This document shows positions 47,001 through 53,425 of a DNA stretch of 53,425 nt, one piece after another; positions within the stretch are counted from its first letter, which is position 1, and every line of letters begins with the position of its first letter. The position numbers and the translations under genes were made by a program. The notes under the pieces were generated by a model, which was given only the letters and a program-made list of their open reading frames with translations, made no database searches and was not told where the DNA came from. The stretch is from a virus (lineage: Duplodnaviria > Caudoviricetes), in the IMG/VR virus record IMGVR_UViG_3300031972_002039, positions 1 through 53,425 of that record. One strand, written 5' to 3'.

Positions 47001-48296
47001 AGCGTATATGACTATAGTTTCTTTGAACAGATTAAGCAACTAGTGCCGGGGCGTGCAGACCTCATCTCAGGTATACTAATTGAGCCAAACATTCTAGAAC
47101 GATCTAAAGTTTGTATCTCTAAACCGCCGAGGGTGACAAATCCGCAGTGGGATAAAACTATTAAGATTTACGAGAAAGACCCAGTCGGTGAATACCCTAC
47201 ATATGAGACTTCAACATCTATAACTCCAGATTTTGATATTGACCCACAAACGTATGTGACTGCGTCAATTTTACCTGTGGATGAATTTACGATTGATTAT
47301 TCGTACCACACTAGTTCTATAGATGATCCAGTCGAGTTTATTGCAACCTCAGTTCATCACCAAGAACCTATTCACCAGAAGACTGGTCTGTGTGGTGTGG
47401 TGGATGTGTATCCAAACAGATATTCTGGTTCTGGGGCACCGACTCAATCAATTGTTGATTCACCTAGATTAGACTGTCGATATAAGAAAAAAGTTTGCTA
47501 TTATTCGGAATGGACGGGGTTCACCGACGTTGTGGTTGGTAGTCAATTTATTGAAACTGGAAGTGTGTGGAGTATCGGTGATGATGGTGTATATACCTTA
47601 CTTAATACTAAAACCGTATTTAGTGGATCGCAAACTTATATGCATTTGGACACTCAACCATATGGAAATTTCATATCTATAGAAGGCTTAACATCGGTTA
47701 CGCAATCATTATCTACGGTGAGTGGTAACGAATATTCTATGATTATAAAGGCTGCCACTCGGTATGATGAGACTGTGAGTGTTCCGATGTCCGTATCCAT
47801 GAGTAATCGTGTTTTTGATGTTGGTATTCGAAGTTTATCAACTTATAATTCCGATGGTGCGGACTACATATTCGGTGCCGATTTGGTAACTGGTCTTGGA
47901 AATGCATATTATGTGAGGGATGTTGAAATACATTTCACTGGCTCGGGACAGGATGTTTTACGGATATATTCTAATAATACGGACTTCCCAGTTCATATAT
48001 ATTCTGTTCAAATATTTCCAAAATATAGTAAGTGGGAACGTAAATGGCTTAGACTCCAAAACGAGTGTATCAATAGAGCCGCGTACTGTGTTTTAGAGGA
48101 TAGTGGATATCAGATTGATGAGTGTGGGACTAGGAATAATTCTAGATTTATTGGCTCTAAAATGTCGGCTGCTGATTTTAATGTAGACAGTCCAGACACT
48201 GTTGACGGTGGTCCGGTAGTAACAATAATAGAATCTAATCCAAATAACCTATTTATAAAAGACGATGGCGATGATGGTAATCTTTTAGTAGAGTAA
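44076..48296 (+). CDS. large baseplate/tail structural protein
   Basis: 1406 aa; EISPDRTE, MVGQHFD, LPYLLKTKGT.RSV..L...YGIP (gp7/tail protein I-like), LIEPNILER. Confidence 0.75.
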   Translation: MSLTRYENEDIIVQLTQPQYGQIFSQQDLDILPHAYLIPDDPNFVKSNISQVHIYSFYGNYIAGDHDASYLIHDPHTNSLLMDLGETFREANILRGSYIVAMNLFKQVWGHPDSHTVYIREISPDRTEVKLSVPSKFMGELDQFKMMVEDLKSQDIFNNLVIDFGFNRVSKITLIKFDKDDPSVIYLKLYNPLNDELEEKVTGWFGFETMNPYVDTVILSSPIESAATNTLRGANYDIDTTEWSSNSTVFKSWNDLLDTDATTSQRVIDMTLSGSASARLNIDYTDFNNYIFYSSAEERVKNFRYKVGLTETYQSSIDTLQNSTASNSQFVSSSVSTFQKRINTITSAFDSFERWMYYSDTASIFTHDISGSITPYPKYLSGGKYVLHPTTSSISTNWYNGLVASASSYDSQNHNRLWWSIPEHVLMDEGNSDYVLFVEMVGQHFDNLYSYTRALTQIHERDEHPERGVSNDLLYHVAKSFGWKLQNTKQLSDLWFYKAGTNSQGEYESTGSLFSTSHENQTQQIWRRIVNNLPYLLKTKGTTRSVKALMSIYGIPQTLISVKEYGGPAQSGNKPQSIEDRFAYALNFDGNQYVSMDRNPYELFDTVAGDLPQTQVFRFNTMYSGSAMTLHSIGSSGTGHFDLTLRHALELTGTSSFSGSEAYGRLEWNLNGDGTVVTEMLPLYDGDMWTVRMWTNNPVTSSTSQETFNLEVARADDCTGGTYILSGSGELLVTASGAFSQFRASNRVYLGTDGTSGGDAVNGFSGSIQGFKEYYTDIGKTVFDEHVLNPAAYHVYNPTSSYDYLYRYFPLGGDVIRYDHTTTTQVSSSHPNRTKNFETVATFNNFAGDQDDQYRSFRETYYAYTPSIGATNVRNNKIRMESSVLTRDLSPTARAEKSDYDLASNDTNRLAVVFSMADQVNRDVYNHMGFDELDQWIADPDLECANEYSELKRFSDAYFKKYTQKNDINAFIRILSVYDYSFFEQIKQLVPGRADLISGILIEPNILERSKVCISKPPRVTNPQWDKTIKIYEKDPVGEYPTYETSTSITPDFDIDPQTYVTASILPVDEFTIDYSYHTSSIDDPVEFIATSVHHQEPIHQKTGLCGVVDVYPNRYSGSGAPTQSIVDSPRLDCRYKKKVCYYSEWTGFTDVVVGSQFIETGSVWSIGDDGVYTLLNTKTVFSGSQTYMHLDTQPYGNFISIEGLTSVTQSLSTVSGNEYSMIIKAATRYDETVSVPMSVSMSNRVFDVGIRSLSTYNSDGADYIFGADLVTGLGNAYYVRDVEIHFTGSGQDVLRIYSNNTDFPVHIYSVQIFPKYSKWERKWLRLQNECINRAAYCVLEDSGYQIDECGTRNNSRFIGSKMSAADFNVDSPDTVDGGPVVTIIESNPNNLFIKDDGDDGNLLVE

Positions 48297-48321
48297 TCTC
48301 ACTATCTAAAATTAAGAAAAT

Positions 48322-48960
48322 ATGAACTCTAAAGAATTGTTAAAACTGATAAACGAAATTGATTTTGATCATATAGATAAAGTCCGTGGTGGAAAGTCTT
48401 CTTCTAAAATTGCAAAAAAATATTTGAAAGATATTATAGAGGATATAAAACAGTCCAAGCGGGTGTTTATCTTAGAAGATTCTCGATCTGGGAGGACTAG
48501 TAAAGAATCTGGCGGGTTTGACATTTCAACGCAGCATGGTATAGTCGAAGTTAGTCAACGTGCTGGGCAAGTATTAGTTTCCGACGGTAGGACAGTTGAA
48601 ATGGTTGATAATATGAAACTTTGGAAAGCACTTATGAAGACACCTGCACGGTCGAATGCTTTTACCATTACTAAAGATCATTTTCCACCCGAGTTAATGA
48701 TACCAGTTGGGAAGAAAGTAGCACAGGGTAACTATAAGCAAACTGGGACTAATCGTGGGGATTCAAAGGACATTCAAGTTGATATACAAGTGACCCCAAC
48801 ACTTAAAGTGTTAGTTGATTGGGCTCAAGGATATCGGATAGTAATTTCCCCGAATGGTATTCGATCAAATGATTATAATTTACAATTTACTAAGGACGAA
48901 CTTCCACCGAGGATGTGGGAGATTTTATGGGCGGCTGTAAAGGGATACGGGCAAGACTAA
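48322..48960 (+). CDS. hypothetical protein
   Basis: 212-aa ORF. Confidence 0.7.
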   Translation: MNSKELLKLINEIDFDHIDKVRGGKSSSKIAKKYLKDIIEDIKQSKRVFILEDSRSGRTSKESGGFDISTQHGIVEVSQRAGQVLVSDGRTVEMVDNMKLWKALMKTPARSNAFTITKDHFPPELMIPVGKKVAQGNYKQTGTNRGDSKDIQVDIQVTPTLKVLVDWAQGYRIVISPNGIRSNDYNLQFTKDELPPRMWEILWAAVKGYGQD

Positions 48961-49045
48961 ATAAGTAATGACGATTAACAAGTATAAAATTATACTTATA
49001 AGAAATGATAGTGAACAAATTAATAACATTTAAGGAAAATATATA

Positions 49046-49747
49046 ATGGGCTACCTTAACAATTCAAGCATCACGGTAGATGCGATTTTAACAAGAAAGG
49101 GGCGAGAGCTTCTTGCGCGGGGAAGAAATGAATTCAATATTACACATTTTGCTTTGGCGGATGATGAAGTAGATTATTCATTGTGGAATTCTGATCATCC
49201 ACTAGGTACAGCTTACTACGGCGTAGTGATTGAAAACATGCCCATAACTGAAGCAGTACCAGATGAAACTCAGATGTTGAAATATAAACTGGTAACATTG
49301 CCTAAGAAGACAATCCGTATTCCAGTTATTTCGGTTCCGAATACATCAGTTACATTGAGTCCGGGGCAATCAATAACGATTAAACCGCAGACAATCAACT
49401 ATACTGAAGGTAACAATACATTTGGTTATACATTTACCTTGGCTGATAGTGATGTGTGTTCTATGTATGTTGATGAGCGGTCAAAATCTCAGAAGTTCGT
49501 TGAAGACGTGACTTCTAGACCAGCCCCAATGTCCGATTCGGAAATTGGTCAAGCCATAACACTTTCAGGCAAGTCTGTAACACTTACAGCTAATCTATTA
49601 CAACTTGCGGCGAAGCGGACTACATTGACGATCCAAGGTGTTGAAACTGGTGGACGTATAGTTGTCAATATTACAGTACAAAAAGTGACAACTAATACAA
49701 CGCCAAATATTCCATTAACAGGTCAACCACCAATTTCATTACCATAA
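49046..49747 (+). CDS. baseplate/tail-fibre attachment-like structural protein
   Basis: MGYL.N...VDAILT.KGRELLA.G...IT.FALADDEVDY. Confidence 0.7.
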   Translation: MGYLNNSSITVDAILTRKGRELLARGRNEFNITHFALADDEVDYSLWNSDHPLGTAYYGVVIENMPITEAVPDETQMLKYKLVTLPKKTIRIPVISVPNTSVTLSPGQSITIKPQTINYTEGNNTFGYTFTLADSDVCSMYVDERSKSQKFVEDVTSRPAPMSDSEIGQAITLSGKSVTLTANLLQLAAKRTTLTIQGVETGGRIVVNITVQKVTTNTTPNIPLTGQPPISLP

Positions 49748-49766
49748 TTAAAATTAGAGAGAATAT

Positions 49767-51266
49767 ATGCCATTTTCAAGTAAAAATGTTGGAGGCGGAG
49801 GTCTTAACCCAATAGGTGGGAGAGAACAAAAATTAGATAAGGGTCAACTTGACAAGTTGAAGGAACTAGGCGTTCCAGTAACTCCAGTTAGTACTGATCC
49901 TACTATTCTAGAACAGACTGTGCCTACTACTAAGCAGATACTACCGGGTACTACCATTGGTGGGTATCAAGACGGTGGGGGTAACTTCTACGTATTGGAC
50001 GATAATAATGTCGTGACCAAGATAGATTCGGTTACACCGCCACCTACTGGCGGGCCATTGTTTCCACCAAGTGATCCGGGGCAAGTAACACCAACTCCAC
50101 CAATCACACCAACTCCGCCGATATTTCAACCACCGAGTCCGCCGATCACACCTCCACCTCCACCACAACCACCTAATTTTGGTTCTGGGAAGATATTTAC
50201 GAGGTTTCAAATCGGTGATGTGGTTCCAAATCAACAAGAAACTATTACTAGGGCTTTATGGTCACATAACGTTGGAAATCTAACAGATTTCTACACTAGC
50301 TCAGCACAGACTGACACTCAGAAACGTTATTACTATGAGATTTTTAATAGTGCGTCTGGTGATTGTGGAGCAGAGGCACAGTTTTCAATTGCGTATGGTC
50401 ATAAAGCGGGATCAGGTTCTGCCGATGAAGGTGGTCAGATAAATGATACCCCATCTAGAGCTATATATGGTCAATACAGATTACTATGTTTAGATGGTGA
50501 CACGCAACGATTCACGGTTGGTGGTAATACGACTGATCAAATATATGTAGTCAATGTGAATCGTGCTAGAATGCGTGAGTATCTTGATGAGGGGAATATA
50601 GAAATTAATTTAGCACATTTGTCAGGTTCTGAATATAGTGGGGATATCAATACGTATACTGGATCGAATGTAACACTTGCTGGAAATGGTCGAGTGTTGA
50701 GATTGATAGACGATAGCAATATAAACGATGCTACAATGACTGAGCAGGGCGAGGTGTATGACATCGTTTCTGGTTCAATCGAGGATGGCGTGTATCTACC
50801 ATCAACACCACAAGTATTTGGTCATTTATATAAGCGACTTGGTATAGTAGTTTTGGATGCTAATAAGTTAGACTCTACGGCATCATTTGGATCGGTAACT
50901 GGTTCTGAAGTTGCTGGCGATAATGCTCATAAATTATTTTTAGCTATGTCTGGTGCGGCTCAATATACTGATCCATCTGGTGATGTGTTGGGATTTGCTG
51001 GACGTAGTGCTGAGAAGGTTAAGTCGACTCATTACTTTGTTAGGGTTAAAAATGCTGAGTATAATTTTAGTAACAACCCAACATACACTACAGGATCGGA
51101 AGGTGACTTGTCTGAACCGACATTCATAAACGATCCTATCGTGTATATCACGACGGTCGGTCTTTACAATGATCGGAAGGAATGTATAGCGGTCGCTAAG
51201 GTTTCTAAGGCAATACAAAAAAGCTTCACGAAAGAAGCATTAGTAAAAGTAAAACTTGAGTTTTAA
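49767..51266 (+). CDS. virion structural protein, paralog A, Pro-rich N-terminus
   Basis: C-terminal YFVRVKN.EYN..NNP...YITTVGLYN...AVAK....K......VKLEF. Confidence 0.75.
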   Translation: MPFSSKNVGGGGLNPIGGREQKLDKGQLDKLKELGVPVTPVSTDPTILEQTVPTTKQILPGTTIGGYQDGGGNFYVLDDNNVVTKIDSVTPPPTGGPLFPPSDPGQVTPTPPITPTPPIFQPPSPPITPPPPPQPPNFGSGKIFTRFQIGDVVPNQQETITRALWSHNVGNLTDFYTSSAQTDTQKRYYYEIFNSASGDCGAEAQFSIAYGHKAGSGSADEGGQINDTPSRAIYGQYRLLCLDGDTQRFTVGGNTTDQIYVVNVNRARMREYLDEGNIEINLAHLSGSEYSGDINTYTGSNVTLAGNGRVLRLIDDSNINDATMTEQGEVYDIVSGSIEDGVYLPSTPQVFGHLYKRLGIVVLDANKLDSTASFGSVTGSEVAGDNAHKLFLAMSGAAQYTDPSGDVLGFAGRSAEKVKSTHYFVRVKNAEYNFSNNPTYTTGSEGDLSEPTFINDPIVYITTVGLYNDRKECIAVAKVSKAIQKSFTKEALVKVKLEF

Positions 51267-51269
51267 TAA

Positions 51270-53003
51270 ATGGCATTTCCACTACAACCACAATCACGTG
51301 CGACACTAGGTAAGCCAAGAACTGGATTACCTCCAACTGTCCAATATACTGGTAAGAATATTACCAATTGGGGGGGAAGTTCTAATAACCCGGAAGCTGA
51401 AAACTATCAGTACATACTTTGGGAGCTTAGAATGCGGTACCCAAATTTAGTTGGATTCTTCGATTCCAAGACTTCGGAATTGTGGGTGTGGGCGGATTGT
51501 AATAGGCGGTGGTGGACTCCTAATCTTTCCAATTACGTTGCACCTAGTGGTGGTCGTGGTGGATTTGGATTAGATCGAGAAGGTCAAGTAATTCAGTATA
51601 GAAATCCGTCGGGTGGTGGTAGTTTAACGAATGCGCCATTAGGTGGTGGTGAGCGTGGTGGATTTGGATTAGATCGAGAAGGGCAAGTAATTCAATATAG
51701 ACGATCGAGTAGTTCGACTGGAGCTATTTGGAATTCGTGGGACGCGATACGAGGTACATGGATCACGTCTAGAGATTTTTGTGCTGGGGGTCGAAATGAC
51801 TCTGGGGATATTGATCCACCAATGAGTGATCCATATATTCCATCACAGCCACTTCCAACTGGTAAAGTGTATACTAAGATAGATACCGCAGATAAGCTTC
51901 CTAGGATGACTGAGGTTAAAACTTATGGTATATGGACGGATGGTATCGGAAACTTAACAACGTTCCATACAGCGTCTCTTTCAGGCTCAGTTCAGCCATT
52001 TCACCAAACAATTCACAATAAGGTTTATGGGACGTGTGGTTCCGAACCGCAATTTGATGTGGCTTATGGAAATGATGATGGTTCTGGATCAGTAGACCTT
52101 GGTGGGTACGACTGGTTGACTCCGACGAACGCAACGTATAGTCAGTACAGATTATTGTGTCTTGGAAGGGATCAAAAGAAATTTAAGTTAGGTAGTCGGG
52201 AGTTAGACCACGTATACATAGTCAACGTAAAGCATGCTAGAATGCAAGATCGGATCGACGAGGGAAATATTGAACTTAACTTAGCACACTTATCAGGATC
52301 AGAATTTGTTGCTGGTGGTGGATTGGCAAACGCTCATACTGGATCAAACGTGACGCTTGCTGGAAATGGTCGGGTGTTGAGATTGATAGATGACAGTAGA
52401 TTGAACTTTGATTTGTTGAGCGATGATGCATTGACTGGATCATATTCAGAGCATTCAGATGTGAAAGCACATAGAACTGGACATGGTGGTAAAGTTTATT
52501 ACATGGTGTCTGGATCGATCGAGAAGGGAATACACAATGTAAGTCAACCGAACGTATACGGATTACTATACCCACAGTTAGGTATTGTTGTGCTAGATGC
52601 TGATCTAATGGACTCTACGGCATCGTTTGGTACTGTGACGGGAACCGAGATTGCTGGGGATAATGCTATGAAATTATTTACAGCGATATCTGGGGCAGCA
52701 CAATATACTGACCCATCTGGTGATGTGTTAGGGTTCCAAGCTAGACGAAAGGAAACTGAATTTGCTGAGTACTATTTTATTAGAGTTAAAAACTCAGATT
52801 ATAATTACACTAACAATCCGACATTCCAGAGTGGGTCGGACGGACAAATTAGTGATAATTTCATTGAAGAACCGAGGGTATATTTCTCGACAGTTGGATT
52901 ATATAACGAACGTAAAGAATGTATAGCAGTTGGTAAAGTTACACGACCTATACAAAAAACAAGTACGAGTGAAGCACTTTTTAAGTTGCGGATTAAATAT
53001 TGA
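51270..53003 (+). CDS. virion structural protein, paralog B
   Basis: C-terminal ~380 aa clearly homologous to 49767..51266. Confidence 0.75.
   Translation: MAFPLQPQSRATLGKPRTGLPPTVQYTGKNITNWGGSSNNPEAENYQYILWELRMRYPNLVGFFDSKTSELWVWADCNRRWWTPNLSNYVAPSGGRGGFGLDREGQVIQYRNPSGGGSLTNAPLGGGERGGFGLDREGQVIQYRRSSSSTGAIWNSWDAIRGTWITSRDFCAGGRNDSGDIDPPMSDPYIPSQPLPTGKVYTKIDTADKLPRMTEVKTYGIWTDGIGNLTTFHTASLSGSVQPFHQTIHNKVYGTCGSEPQFDVAYGNDDGSGSVDLGGYDWLTPTNATYSQYRLLCLGRDQKKFKLGSRELDHVYIVNVKHARMQDRIDEGNIELNLAHLSGSEFVAGGGLANAHTGSNVTLAGNGRVLRLIDDSRLNFDLLSDDALTGSYSEHSDVKAHRTGHGGKVYYMVSGSIEKGIHNVSQPNVYGLLYPQLGIVVLDADLMDSTASFGTVTGTEIAGDNAMKLFTAISGAAQYTDPSGDVLGFQARRKETEFAEYYFIRVKNSDYNYTNNPTFQSGSDGQISDNFIEEPRVYFSTVGLYNERKECIAVGKVTRPIQKTSTSEALFKLRIKY
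51555..51701 (+). repeat. 48-bp in-frame direct repeat (RGGFGLDREGQVIQYR x2)
   Basis: 51555-51602 and 51654-51701, two synonymous differences. Confidence 0.9.
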
Positions 53004-53326
53004 TGAAAATTATGAAAAAATTTAAAAATGGTACCTTGCGTGAAAATTATGAACGCATTATGGGAAAACACAACTTACAAGAAGATGAAACTGGTTCTGC
53101 GCGTAGCGTATGGACACCAGACAATACTAGAACCGACCTAGTAATTAGATTTTTCGAGGATAGAAAATCATCTGGGTGGGATGAGCCACGGTTTAGATTT
53201 TCAGGGCATGTAAAAATTGGTGGTAATGAGGTTTCAATTGAATCTAATGTGATTAAAACATTAGACGAGTGGGAATCAGTATTCGGGCAACAAATTCCTA
53301 ATGAGGTTATTCAACGGTTAAATTAA
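53000..53326 (+). CDS. hypothetical protein
   Basis: About 108-aa ORF; start uncertain. Confidence 0.65.
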   Translation: MMKIMKKFKNGTLRENYERIMGKHNLQEDETGSARSVWTPDNTRTDLVIRFFEDRKSSGWDEPRFRFSGHVKIGGNEVSIESNVIKTLDEWESVFGQQIPNEVIQRLN

Positions 53327-53339
53327 TAAATAATTATGT

Positions 53340-53425
53340 ATGGCGATCCCATCAGTATTTGCAGTAGTAAAACCACAAGACTTCACATTGAAGCCATTCA
53401 AGGCTTACAAGAAGTTTAACTTATC
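53340..53425 (+). CDS. hypothetical (probably structural) protein, 5' end (partial)
   Basis: ATG 53340 MAIPSVFAVVKPQDFTLKPFKAYKKFNL, open to the window end. Confidence 0.6.
   Translation, partial: MAIPSVFAVVKPQDFTLKPFKAYKKFNL

Noticed and set aside
802-53071. Numerous antisense or alternate-frame ORFs (for example 3152..3787, 43804..44088, 49941..50237)
   Set aside because: They are shadows of longer, motif-supported genes.
1-53425. Genome-wide TAG reassignment (code 15)
   Set aside because: Long genes have no internal TAG, and several clear genes end at TAG (13431, 26029, 37812, 12371) without useful extension. In-frame TAGs cluster next to the tRNA.

Overview
A 53-kb segment of a large T4-like (myovirus-type) phage genome. 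The host is probably Bacteroidota, because TTTG-N19-21-TAnnTTTG promoters recur. Region 1-18 kb holds many small accessory ORFs, a MutS-family ATPase, a dNTP diphosphohydrolase/HAD fusion, an SNF2 helicase and an AAA ATPase. Region 19-27 kb is a tRNA/translation-maintenance island with an HD+CCA-adding enzyme, a Pth2-like peptidyl-tRNA hydrolase, a Ro60/TROVE protein, three Y-RNA-like elements, an atypical tRNA, dUTPase and thioredoxin. Region 28-53 kb carries an endolysin, a gp55-like late sigma factor and baseplate/tail genes. The standout is a minus-strand operon at 21.7-22.9 kb. It begins with an amber-suppressor tRNA (anticodon CUA), followed by three consecutive ORFs that each contain an in-frame TAG. 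These are a leader peptide overlapping an intrinsic terminator, an internally repeated protein and the Pth2-like gene. TAG is an ordinary stop elsewhere, so this looks like a local amber-readthrough-gated regulatory circuit rather than genome-wide recoding. Protein family calls come from recognising motifs by eye; no database search was run.
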